From positions 21,056 to 85,055 of the forward strand of contig JBGAUM010000002.1 in assembly GCA_044228625.1 (NCBI GenBank): a stretch of 64,000 bases of DNA. The letters run 5' to 3'. This document shows positions 31,301 through 39,698 of this stretch, one piece after another. Position numbers and translations under genes: made by a program. The DNA comes from Usitatibacteraceae bacterium. Lineage in GTDB: Bacteria > Pseudomonadota > Gammaproteobacteria > Burkholderiales > Usitatibacteraceae. The notes beneath the pieces were generated by a model. That model saw only the letters and a list, made by a program, of their open reading frames with translations, was not told the origin of the DNA and searched no databases. Position 1 is the first letter of the stretch. The number at the start of each line of letters is the position of its first letter.

Positions 31301-32386
31301 ATGAGTGCCGTGTTGACCCAAAACGAGCAGAGTGCCGCTCCGTTGCATCAACCCTCGCCGGGCCTCTGGACGTTGGCCTGGCGGCGCCTCAAGCGTGACA
31401 AGGTGGGCATGATCGCGCTGGTGATCGTCGTGTTCTTCCTGCTGATGATGGCCGGTTCGTACTTCGGCATCGTGGCCAAGAACTGGTCCAAGGAAGTTGG
31501 CGTGTCGTATGCCAACCCGAGCTTCATGGCGGGTGCCGAGAACCTTGAGGGCGCCAAATCCGCCGCCGCGGACCCGCAGGCCAACGTGCCGTATGTGGAC
31601 TTGAGCGACATCGACCCGCTGGCACCGCGCTACAAGGAATGGGAAGAGCGCACCGCCAAGATCAAGATCACCGAGACGCCGCGCGCCGAGACCTTGCCTT
31701 TCGGTGGTGACAAGTGGGGGCGCGACGTGATCCAGAAAGCGGTGAAGGGCGCGGAAACTTCAATTTTCGTCGGCCTCGTTGCCGCCTTCCTCGCCACCGT
31801 GATCGGCACGGTGCTGGGTGCGTTGTCTGGCTACATGGGCGGCAGGATCGGCGATGCGCTGGAGTGGTTCTACAACGTGTTCACGTCGATCCCATACATT
31901 CTTCTGATCTTGGCCTTCGCAGCGGTGTTCGGCAGCTCGCCCGCGTTGCAGGAATACAAGGGTGTGGGCATGGTGGTCGCCATCCTGGCGTTGACCGGCT
32001 GGACCGGTATCTACCGGCTGGTGCGCGCCGAATACATCAAGCATGCCTCGCGCGAGTATGTGAAGGCCGCGCAGGCCATCGGCGCGTCCCACCAGCGCCG
32101 CATGTTCGTGCATATCCTGCCCAATGTCTCGCACGTATGCCTGGTGCAGTTGTCGCAGCATGTGGTGCAATTCATCAAGGCCGAGGTGATCCTCTCGTTC
32201 CTGGGCCTCGGCGTGCCGGTCGATTCGGTGTCCTGGGGCACCATGCTGGCGGAGGCGCAGGCCGAACTGGTGATCGGCAAGTGGTGGCAGCTCGCCGCCG
32301 CGGGTCTCTCCATGGCCGTGTTGGTCACGGCGTTTTCGATGCTCACCGATTCGTTGCGCGATGCGCTCGATCCCAAGATCAAATAA
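31301..32386 (+). CDS. ABC transporter permease (DppC/YejE type)
   Basis: 361 aa with an RBS aaggag, multiple TM helices, and the EAA-loop YVKAAQAIGAS. Confidence 0.88.
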   Translation: MSAVLTQNEQSAAPLHQPSPGLWTLAWRRLKRDKVGMIALVIVVFFLLMMAGSYFGIVAKNWSKEVGVSYANPSFMAGAENLEGAKSAAADPQANVPYVDLSDIDPLAPRYKEWEERTAKIKITETPRAETLPFGGDKWGRDVIQKAVKGAETSIFVGLVAAFLATVIGTVLGALSGYMGGRIGDALEWFYNVFTSIPYILLILAFAAVFGSSPALQEYKGVGMVVAILALTGWTGIYRLVRAEYIKHASREYVKAAQAIGASHQRRMFVHILPNVSHVCLVQLSQHVVQFIKAEVILSFLGLGVPVDSVSWGTMLAEAQAELVIGKWWQLAAAGLSMAVLVTAFSMLTDSLRDALDPKIK

Positions 32387-32401
32387 GGCGGCGACTTACT
32401 C

Positions 32402-34096
32402 ATGGATAACCTCATCTCCGTCCAGAACCTCAACGTCAAGTTCCGCCTCGACGACGGCAAGATCTTCGAGGCCGTCAAGGGCGTGTCGTTCGACATCCCG
32501 AAGAATTCCACCGTCGCGCTGGTGGGCGAATCCGGTTCCGGCAAGTCCGTGTCCGCGATGTCGATCATCCGGCTGTTGCCGAAAGAGCAGGCGATCGTCT
32601 CTCCCGAGAGCAAGGTGCTGTTCGAAGGCACGAATCTGCTGACCGTCCCCGAAATGGACATGCGAAAGATTCGTGGCGGGAAGATTTCCGTGATCTTCCA
32701 GGAGCCGATGACCTCGCTGAATCCGGTGTTCACCTGCGGTGAGCAGATTGCCGAAATGCTGCGCCTCCACACCACGCTCTCCGCCAAGCAGGCGTGGGCG
32801 CGTGCCGAGGAATTGCTCAGTGAAGTCGGCATCCCGAACCCGCATCTGCGCATGAAGTCCTATCCGCACGAGATGTCCGGCGGGCAGCAGCAGCGCGTGA
32901 TGATCGCCATGGCGATTGCCTGCGAACCCAAGCTCCTCATCGCCGACGAACCGACCACGGCGCTCGACGTGACCATCCAGAAGCAGATCCTCGATCTCAT
33001 CGCAGCGTTGCAAGAGCGGCACCACATGTCGGTGCTGTTCATCACGCACGACCTCGCCGTGGTGGGCGAGATTGCCGACCACGTGGTGGTGATGCAAAGC
33101 GGCGAAATCAAGGAAACCGGCGTGGTGAAGGATATTTTCGAGCGCCCGCAGCACCCATACACCAAGGCGCTGCTCAATTGCCGCCCCAGCGTCGATTCGC
33201 GCCCCATGCGCTTGCCGGTGATCGATGACTTCATGGGCGAGGGCCTCAAACCCATTCACACGGAACAGCGCCAGCGCGGCTTCAAGCCGGACGACAACTA
33301 CATCCTCGAGGTGCGGAATCTCTCCAAGCATTTCAAGCTCAAGGACGGCCTGTTCAAGACGAAGGATGTTCCTGCCGTGGCCAGCGCATCGTTCAAGCTC
33401 GCCAAGGGCAAGACGCTTGGCCTGGTGGGGGAATCCGGCTCCGGCAAAACCACGGTGGGCTTGACGCTCATGCGGCTGCACGATGCCACCGGCGGCGAAG
33501 TGCTGTTCGATGGGGTGGACCTGCTGAAGTTGTCCGAAGACGATTTCATGAAGTACAAGCGGCGCATCCAGATCGTGTTCCAGAACCCGTATGCCTCGCT
33601 GAACCCGCGCTTCACCGTGGGCCAGATCCTCATGGAGCCGATGAAGATCCACGCCATCGGCAAGGACGACAAGGAGCGCGTCGGCATGGCCATGGCCTTG
33701 CTGAAGCGCGTGGGTATGCCGGAAGTCTCGTTTTACAAATACCCGCATGAATTCTCAGGCGGCCAGCGCCAGCGCGTGGCGATTGCCCGCTGCCTCACCA
33801 TGAAGCCGGACGTGCTGATCTGCGATGAATCCGTATCCGCACTCGACGTGTCCGTGCAGGCGCAGGTGCTGAACCTGTTGCAGGACCTGCAGGACGAATA
33901 CCAGATGAGCTACATCTTCATCTCACACGATCTGGCCGTCGTGAAATACATCTCCGACCAGGTGATGGTGATGAGTGAGGGTAACGTGATCGAAGTCGCC
34001 AACGCCGACGACATCTACCTGAACCCGCAGCAGGAATACACGCGCAAGCTGCTCGGTTCCATTCCCAAGGGGTGGCATGGGGAGAAGGCTGCGTAG
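32402..34096 (+). CDS. ABC transporter ATP-binding protein with two fused ATPase domains (YejF/DppDF type)
   Basis: 564 aa with two Walker A motifs (GESGSGKS, GESGSGKT), two signatures (MSGGQQQR, FSGGQRQR) and two Walker B motifs (LLIADEPT, VLICDESV). Confidence 0.9.
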   Translation: MDNLISVQNLNVKFRLDDGKIFEAVKGVSFDIPKNSTVALVGESGSGKSVSAMSIIRLLPKEQAIVSPESKVLFEGTNLLTVPEMDMRKIRGGKISVIFQEPMTSLNPVFTCGEQIAEMLRLHTTLSAKQAWARAEELLSEVGIPNPHLRMKSYPHEMSGGQQQRVMIAMAIACEPKLLIADEPTTALDVTIQKQILDLIAALQERHHMSVLFITHDLAVVGEIADHVVVMQSGEIKETGVVKDIFERPQHPYTKALLNCRPSVDSRPMRLPVIDDFMGEGLKPIHTEQRQRGFKPDDNYILEVRNLSKHFKLKDGLFKTKDVPAVASASFKLAKGKTLGLVGESGSGKTTVGLTLMRLHDATGGEVLFDGVDLLKLSEDDFMKYKRRIQIVFQNPYASLNPRFTVGQILMEPMKIHAIGKDDKERVGMAMALLKRVGMPEVSFYKYPHEFSGGQRQRVAIARCLTMKPDVLICDESVSALDVSVQAQVLNLLQDLQDEYQMSYIFISHDLAVVKYISDQVMVMSEGNVIEVANADDIYLNPQQEYTRKLLGSIPKGWHGEKAA

Positions 34097-34185
34097 CGAT
34101 TTCTCGTCGTTTCGTTATGATCGAAAAGGCCGTGCTTCAGGGCGTGTCTGTATTCGTTTGTCTTTGCTGAGCGCAACGAAAACAA

Positions 34186-35295
34186 ATGACGCTGGCCCTT
34201 TTATTCCACAAATGCGCACTCACCGCCAATCAAGCCGGCAACACCAACTATGCCGCTGCGCCCACTGAAGTCCGCTATGTCTATGTCAACAAGGGCGACC
34301 AGAGCATCAGCTTTGATCCGCTGCCCGATCGGCCACAGACGCCCAACACTTTCACTGTGGCCGCCACGGCCACGAGCGGCCTCGCAGTGACCTTCCAATC
34401 GCAGACCACGGCCAAATGCACCGTCTCCGGCACCACGGTGACGCTCCTCAGTACCGGCACCTGCACCGTCCGCGCGCGGCAGACCGGCAATGGCAACTGG
34501 GCGGCAGCGGCGAATATGGATAGAAGCTTCACCATCACGGCGGGGAGCCAAGCCAGCCAGACCATCACCTTCAACGCCCTTGCCGACAAGACGATGGGGG
34601 AGGGGCCGTTCACGGTGACGGCGACGGCATCGAGCGGTCTTGCGGTCGCCTTCACCAGCGCCACGCCAACGACCTGTACGGCCACCGGCACCAATGGCAC
34701 CACCATCACCTTGGTCGCGGCAGGGACTTGTACGATCCATGCGAATCAGGCGGGGAATGCGAGTTACCTCCCGGCGCCGCAGGTCTCCCGCTCATTCGCG
34801 ATCAATGCGCAGGCGCAGGTGCATTACATTCATGCGGATCATCTGGGGACGCCCAGGGCGATCACCAAAGCAGCCGACAACACCGTGGTTTGGCGGTGGG
34901 AGAACACGGAGCCGTTTGGGGACAGCCAACCGGATGGGAATCCGAACAACGTCAACGGCACCAACCCGTTCGTCTATAACTTGCGGTTTCCGGGGCAGTA
35001 CTTTGAATCAGTGACAAAAAAGAACTAAAACTACTTCAGTGACTACGACCGCTCTTCGGGGCGGTATGTGCAGAGTGATCCGATTGGGTTGCTTGCGGGA
35101 GTCAACACATACAGCTATGTCGGAGGCAAACCCTTGACGTTTATTGATCCGTACGGTTTGCGTGGTGCCCCTTGGGCACCTCCGCAATCTGTTTGGACAC
35201 AGCCGCAGTTGCCCGGCATGCCTCCACTTCCTCCGGGATGGCAACCAGTACCAAGGCCCGCGCAAAGTGGCCACTGGTTTCACGCCAGGAAATAG
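34186..35295 (+). pseudogene. remnant of an Rhs/WapA-type polymorphic-toxin gene: 5'-truncated Ig-like repeats + RHS core end + DPxGL, with an in-frame TAA
   Basis: Two ~85-aa repeats (QSISFDPLP...TCTVRARQTGNGNWAAAANMDRSFTI and QTITFNALA...TCTIHANQAGNASYLPAPQVSRSFAI), preceded by only the tail of a third (CALTANQAGNTNYAAAP). Then the core end YIHADHLGTPRAIT...NPFVYNLRFPGQYF. A TAA at 35026-35028 sits where Tyr is expected, and the same frame continues [44 protein letters not shown] (DPYGL at 35146-35160) plus a 44-aa tail. Confidence 0.8.
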
Positions 35296-35299
35296 CTAC

Positions 35300-35587
35300 A
35301 TGGACGCCGCTGGCTATTACAACGGAGCGGGCAAGTTTGTTTGCCTCCGCTGGTATTGTCCAAGAGATCGGAACGTCTGTAGTGTCGATGACATCCGCAT
35401 GGCAAATGACTTTATTCCTGCGGCCACGGATGCAAGTCGCCCGCCGAAAGGATGTGTTTGCGACGATTCGCGTTTCAAGGTTGACTATGATGTTCCGGAC
35501 TTTTGGGCCAGGTTCAATGATGCCGCCCAAGCTGCCCAAGGAATTCTTCAATCGGGCAGTGGTACGCGCCTGGTCAGGCCGCGGTAG
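35300..35587 (+). CDS. hypothetical small Cys-rich protein, or a displaced remainder of the Rhs C-terminal domain
   Basis: ATG at 35300 preceded by AGGAA, 5 nt after the Rhs-remnant stop: MDAAGYYNGAGKFVCLRWYCPRDRNVCSVDD...CVCDDSRFKVDYDVPDFW. The same frame is open upstream from 35144, so a frameshifted toxin tail cannot be excluded. Confidence 0.35.
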   Translation: MDAAGYYNGAGKFVCLRWYCPRDRNVCSVDDIRMANDFIPAATDASRPPKGCVCDDSRFKVDYDVPDFWARFNDAAQAAQGILQSGSGTRLVRPR

Positions 35588-35590
35588 AAC

Positions 35591-35956
35591 ATGCTCTTCA
35601 AGATATTTAGTTTTGGGTTCGGATTGGTCTGCGTCTTGGGTGGCGTAATGTCACTCACCCGCACGCAACCGTTAATGGAAGGGTGTGGATCGGCGTGCTG
35701 GATAAACGGCCTCGCACTTGGACTCTTTGGCGAGTCTGGGGGGCGGCTTTTTATGGCGTCGGTTTGGGTATTGGTCGGAATCGGCTTTCTTTCTTTGTGG
35801 TGGCGATTGCTTCGGGTGGATCGCCTATTGCAGCAAACGAGGGTCGACGTTCAGCGATCACGCAGACCAGGGCAAGAACTCGATGAGGTGCAGGGACAGT
35901 TGCCGAATATGGATGACCAATCCGCAAACGCGCAAAAGCCTCCCGGTTCAAACTGA
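35591..35956 (+). CDS. hypothetical membrane protein, candidate immunity protein of the Rhs cassette
   Basis: 121 aa, with ATG 3 nt after the previous stop. Three or four hydrophobic helices (FGFGLVCVLGGVM, WINGLALGLF, FMASVWVLVGIGFLSLWW). Its position directly 3' of a DPxGL toxin module is typical for immunity genes. Confidence 0.45.
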   Translation: MLFKIFSFGFGLVCVLGGVMSLTRTQPLMEGCGSACWINGLALGLFGESGGRLFMASVWVLVGIGFLSLWWRLLRVDRLLQQTRVDVQRSRRPGQELDEVQGQLPNMDDQSANAQKPPGSN

Positions 35957-35997
35957 CCAGCGCCGCTCTCTTTCAGTAGTAAAAAAGAAACCCTCTC

Positions 35998-36028
35998 CAA
36001 CGCCCGCTGATCGCGGGCGTTGTCTTTT
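35998..36028 (+). terminator. rho-independent terminator after the Rhs cassette
   Basis: Stem caacgcccgc / gcgggcgttg (35998-36007 / 36013-36022) with a 5-nt loop, followed by tctttt. Confidence 0.7.
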
Positions 36029-36091
36029 GGCCGCCGCGTTGCGCATAAATGGGGTCAGACTGAGGTGTCCCGGTTTTCACGGACGGTTTAG

Positions 36092-36991
36092 TTAAGCACC
36101 ACGATACAGCTTCTCGTATTGCTCGGGGGTGCGATAGCCGAGCGATTGGTGAATCCGGATGCGGTTGTAGAAGCGCTCGATGTATTCGACGATGAGCGCC
36201 TTGGCCTGCTCGCGGGTCTGGAGATCGACGTGATGGATCAACTCGTTCTTCAGCGTCGAGAAGAAGCTCTCCGCGATCGCATTGTCCTGCGGCACCTTGC
36301 GGCCGTTCATGCTGGCGAGCAGTCCATGACGAGCCAGCAGGGCGCGATAGGCGACGCTGCGATACTGCGGCCCGCGGTCAGTGTGGTGAATCAGTCCCTT
36401 GGCCGGCTTTCTCGCGTTAATCGCCTTGGCCAATGCCCCGATGTGCAGGTCCTGTCCTGGTCGGCTGTCAGTCTGGAAGCCGACCACCTTTCGGGAGAAC
36501 ACGTCCACCAGCACCGCCAGATGCAGCCAACCCTCGCGGGTACGGATAAAGGTCATGTCGCCCGACCAGAGCCGGTTGGGCGCGGTGGCCTCGAAGCGGC
36601 GCTCCACCAAGTCGGGCGCCGGAGCCGCCGTCTTGTGATGCTCGATGGTCAGGCGCTGCCGCGAGCGGCGGCTGGCTTCGATGCCGTGCTCCCGGCGCAA
36701 CCGAGCCACGCGGTGCTTGCCGCAGCGCTCCCCGCGCTCGTTCAGGATGCGCCAGGTCTTGATCGCGCCGTAGCGCTGGCGGTGTTCCAGATGCACCCGG
36801 CGGATGGCGATCAGCAACGCTTGGTCGCGCCGTTGCCGCTCGCTGGGTTGCCGGTCCCGCCAGGCATAGAAGCCGCTGGGGGAAACCTCGACAAGACGGC
36901 AAAGGCGGGTGACAGGATGGAACTCTCGGTGTTGCTCGACAAACGCGTACCTCACGGCAATTCCTTCGCGAAGTACGCGGCCGCCTTTTTT
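36092..36991 (-). CDS. IS3-family transposase OrfB (DDE catalytic part, expressed as an OrfAB fusion by -1 frameshift)
   Basis: The -1 frame after A AAA AAG reads KKGGRVLREGIAVRYAFVEQH... DDE residues lie in WSGDMTF, HHTDRGPQY and DNAIAESFF. Confidence 0.85.
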   Translation of the reverse strand, partial: KKGGRVLREGIAVRYAFVEQHREFHPVTRLCRLVEVSPSGFYAWRDRQPSERQRRDQALLIAIRRVHLEHRQRYGAIKTWRILNERGERCGKHRVARLRREHGIEASRRSRQRLTIEHHKTAAPAPDLVERRFEATAPNRLWSGDMTFIRTREGWLHLAVLVDVFSRKVVGFQTDSRPGQDLHIGALAKAINARKPAKGLIHHTDRGPQYRSVAYRALLARHGLLASMNGRKVPQDNAIAESFFSTLKNELIHHVDLQTREQAKALIVEYIERFYNRIRIHQSLGYRTPEQYEKLYRGA

Positions 36992-37281
36992 AGGATGTCG
37001 CGCTCCTCGGTCACACGTTTGAGTTCGCGCCTGAGCCGCTCGACCTCGGTGTATTCCGAGAGCGGCTTGGCCCCGGGACCGCGAAATGCCGCCGATTCGC
37101 CCTTCTTTTGCAACTGGGCCTGCCACTTGTGCAACTGGTTGCGGCGAATGCCGAGTTCCAGGGCGATCTGCGTGGCCGGCTTCTCGCCCTTCTCCAACAG
37201 CTTCACCGCTTCAAGCTTGAAGTCCTTGGTGAACCGCTGGCGCTTCCGGTCAGGATTGACCTTCTCCACATGCTTTCCCAT
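36952..37281 (-). CDS. IS3-family transposase OrfA (HTH)
   Basis: The ATG at 37281 gives MGKHVEKVNPDRKRQRFTKDFKLEAVKLLEKGEKPATQIALELGIRRNQLHKWQ...ERDILKKAAAYFAKELP. Confidence 0.88.
   Translation of the reverse strand: MGKHVEKVNPDRKRQRFTKDFKLEAVKLLEKGEKPATQIALELGIRRNQLHKWQAQLQKKGESAAFRGPGAKPLSEYTEVERLRRELKRVTEERDILKKAAAYFAKELP
36985..36991 (-). promoter_or_regulatory. programmed -1 ribosomal frameshift heptamer A AAA AAG of the IS
   Basis: The minus strand reads CTA AAA AAG GCG in the orfA frame. orfB is open in the -1 frame from here. Confidence 0.75.
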
Positions 37282-37416
37282 TTGACACCTCCACAGGTAT
37301 TGTCTACCTTCAAAAGTGTCCACGGAAACCGGGATAGCTCAGACACCATTTGATTTTCCGCTTGGCGAGCGATTACAAATTCACATCAAACATGAACTCA
37401 GTAAAGGACTGGAAAG

Positions 37417-38478
37417 ATGGTGATTCGGTATCTCAAGACGAATTTGCAGGGTCAGGTTTCAAACATCGCGCTGGCGGTTGCGGTCTCAGTCCTGTCGACA
37501 TCCATCGCGGTCGCGGAGGCGCCGAAAAACACGGTGCAGAAGTCCGTTTCACCTGCAGCAAAGCAAGAGGCGGAAGCGCTGGCCAGTCGCGCTGAGACGT
37601 TGTTGAACCAGTGGCAGGGCGAGCGCGGCATTCTCATCGAGGCCGACAAGGCGATCAACGATGCCCTCTCGCGCGACCCGGCGTCCGCCCATGCCATGGT
37701 GGAAAGGGCGCGATTGCTGATCATGGCATCCAGCCGGGAGGATGGCCGGCTCCTTCCCCAGGGTGCTGCGGCGGTGGCCGAGGTCCTCGAGAAGGCTGCG
37801 AAGGCCGACCCGGGATTTGTCCGCACCTATACCCTTCAAGGTCATTTTTTTACTCTGGAAGGTCGGATGAACGAGGCCAAAAAGGCGCTGGAGCATGCAG
37901 ACCAGCTGGGTTCAAAAGATCCATGGCAGGCATTGAACTGGAGTGCCTATTGGCAAAAGCTGGGCGACGAGGCGAAGGCGGTGTCGTACTGCGACAAGGC
38001 CTTGGAAACCGGCACCTCCAACGTCAAAGCGCTGCGCGCAGGATGGACTTGTATCTTGGATTACTACACCAAGCAAAAGCCGAACTTGAAACGGTCTGAC
38101 AAGGCCTTCCTCAATCTGGTCAAGTTGAATCCGGAATCAGCATTTCTGCGGGGTGATCGTGCACAGGCCTTGGCCGTTTATTTCACGGAGTTCGACGCAG
38201 CGGAAAAACTGGCTAGAGAGACGATTGCCATTTCGAGCTACCCGCATGTTCGGGGAACATTGTCACTTGCGCTGTATGCCAAATGGGCCCGCGCAATCTT
38301 TGACAACAAGGACGACGAAACAATTAATGCGCTGTTGAATGCTGCCGAGGAAGTGGATCCGGAGGGCAGCATGTTGCCTTCATGTGCTGTCAATCGGCCG
38401 GAGTTTTCTTTTTTGAGAAGGGCGCTCGCCAAGCGCGCCGAGACGAAAAAAATTCCGCTGAATTTGCGAGCCTGCTAA
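37417..38478 (+). CDS. secreted TPR-like repeat protein, hypothetical
   Basis: 353 aa with signal peptide ...NIALAVAVSVLSTSIAVAEA and helical repeat segments with A..A...KAL... periodicity. It looks more AT-rich than the backbone and lies next to the IS. Confidence 0.55.
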   Translation: MVIRYLKTNLQGQVSNIALAVAVSVLSTSIAVAEAPKNTVQKSVSPAAKQEAEALASRAETLLNQWQGERGILIEADKAINDALSRDPASAHAMVERARLLIMASSREDGRLLPQGAAAVAEVLEKAAKADPGFVRTYTLQGHFFTLEGRMNEAKKALEHADQLGSKDPWQALNWSAYWQKLGDEAKAVSYCDKALETGTSNVKALRAGWTCILDYYTKQKPNLKRSDKAFLNLVKLNPESAFLRGDRAQALAVYFTEFDAAEKLARETIAISSYPHVRGTLSLALYAKWARAIFDNKDDETINALLNAAEEVDPEGSMLPSCAVNRPEFSFLRRALAKRAETKKIPLNLRAC

Positions 38479-38616
38479 ATCGTCCTTGATGGACGTGGCC
38501 GCGCATTCTGGTGGTGTCCGTCCCCATGTGTCCATGGGCGGAAACATGCGCCACTTTTTTCATGATATTGGCATTGCTTGGTAGTAGCACGGCTTCGTCG
38601 CAACGCGTTTCAAATG

Positions 38617-38640
38617 AAAACGGCCGGTTTCCCGGCCGTT
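38617..38640 (-). terminator. rho-independent terminator downstream of the tctC-like gene
   Basis: On the minus strand, aacggccggg aaa ccggccgtt is followed by ttcattt. Confidence 0.6.
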
Positions 38641-38664
38641 GTTGCGACTTCAAGTGTCAAACGA

Positions 38665-39651
38665 TCAGTTGTCGATCTTGATGTTGGAGTCCTTGATGAC
38701 CTTGCCCCATTTGGCAATCTCGGAATTGATGAACGTGCCGAAGTCCTTGGGGGACTGACCGCCGGGCGCAGCGCCCGCCTGGTCCCAGATCTTCTTGATT
38801 TCCGGGTCGTTCAAAACTTTGACCACTTCCGCATGCATCTTGTCGAGGATTGGCTGCGGCGTGCCCTTGATGCCCCAAATGGCGTACCAAGTGGTCATGG
38901 TGAAATCCTTGTAGCCCAATTCCACCATGGTCGGCACTTCCGGCAACAACGGCGAGCGCTGTGCGGAAGTCACCGCCAGCGGCACCAGCTTGCCGGCCTT
39001 GATCTGTGCAGACGACGAGGCGAGGCCGTCAAAGGAAAGGTCCACCACGCCGGCGAGCAAGTCCTGCATCATCGGGCCGATGCCCTTGTACGGCACGTGC
39101 ACCATGTCGACACCGGCGGTGCGCTTGTAGAGTTCGCCCGCGATATGGTGCGAGGCACCGCTGCCTGCCGAGCCAAAATTGATCTTGCCCGGATTGGCCT
39201 TGAGGAACTTCAGCAATTCCGGCTCGCTCTTGAACGGGTGCTTCGGATGCAATACCAGCACGTTGGGCACATAACCCAGCACGGTGAGTGGCACGAAGTC
39301 CTGTTCCAGCACATAGCCACGCTTGGTGTACAGCGATTCGGCAATCGTGTGATGGATGGCACCGATAAAAAAGGTGTAGCCATCCGGTGCGGCTTTCGCG
39401 GCCACTGCGGCCCCAACCGTGCCCCCAGCGCCGCCGAGGTTTTCCACGATAAAGCTCTGGCCCAGGTTGTTGGTCAGCTTGGCCGCCAGCGGACGGGCAA
39501 ACACGTCCGTGCCGCCGCCAGCCGGGAACGGATTGATGAGCTTCACAGGCTTGTTGGGCCAGGCTTGTGCGAAAGCCGGTGCAGATGACAGCGCCAGCGG
39601 CAATGCGAGCGCCGCAGCAGTCAGGGACGCAATCAGGGTACGACGTTTCAT
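38665..39651 (-). CDS. Bug-family tripartite tricarboxylate transporter substrate-binding protein (TctC-like)
   Basis: 328 aa with RBS GGAGGA and signal peptide MKRRTLIASLTAAALALPLALSSAPAFA, then WPNKPVKLINPFPAGGGTDVFARPLA...VENLGGAGG. Confidence 0.9.
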   Translation of the reverse strand: MKRRTLIASLTAAALALPLALSSAPAFAQAWPNKPVKLINPFPAGGGTDVFARPLAAKLTNNLGQSFIVENLGGAGGTVGAAVAAKAAPDGYTFFIGAIHHTIAESLYTKRGYVLEQDFVPLTVLGYVPNVLVLHPKHPFKSEPELLKFLKANPGKINFGSAGSGASHHIAGELYKRTAGVDMVHVPYKGIGPMMQDLLAGVVDLSFDGLASSSAQIKAGKLVPLAVTSAQRSPLLPEVPTMVELGYKDFTMTTWYAIWGIKGTPQPILDKMHAEVVKVLNDPEIKKIWDQAGAAPGGQSPKDFGTFINSEIAKWGKVIKDSNIKIDN

Positions 39652-39698
39652 GGTTCCTCCAGTGATTTATGGCTGATGTTTTTCGCTTCGAATTCTGA

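Larger units (their letters stand above)
36061..37341 (-). mobile_element. complete IS3-family insertion sequence (1281 bp) with imperfect terminal inverted repeats and a 3-bp target-site duplication GAC
   Basis: Left end TGAGGTGTCCCGGTTTTCACGGAC (36061-). The reverse complement of the right end is TGAGCTATCCCGGTTTCCGTGGAC (-37341). It is flanked by GAC at 36058-36060 and 37342-37344. orfA and orfB overlap with an A6G slippery site. Confidence 0.88.

Noticed and set aside
22821-33748. Long antisense ORFs (22821..24521, 24853..25881, 26391..28010, 28345..30309, 32396..33748; 340-650 aa)
   Set aside because: They lie exactly opposite well-supported ABC transporter genes and have Arg/Gly/His-rich low-complexity composition with no recognisable motifs. 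These are typical shadow ORFs of GC-rich DNA.
35144-35299. Upstream open part of the frame containing the 95-aa Cys-rich ORF, as evidence for a frameshifted Rhs toxin domain
   Set aside because: I cannot decide from sequence alone. 52 stop-free codons are common by chance in GC-rich DNA, and an RBS+ATG at 35300 offers an independent start. I kept this as an alternative inside the Rhs finding.
36119-37285. 388-aa plus-strand ORF
   Set aside because: It is antisense to the IS3 transposase orfA/orfB, has no motifs, and the transposase reading is unambiguous (DDE residues and a frameshift site).
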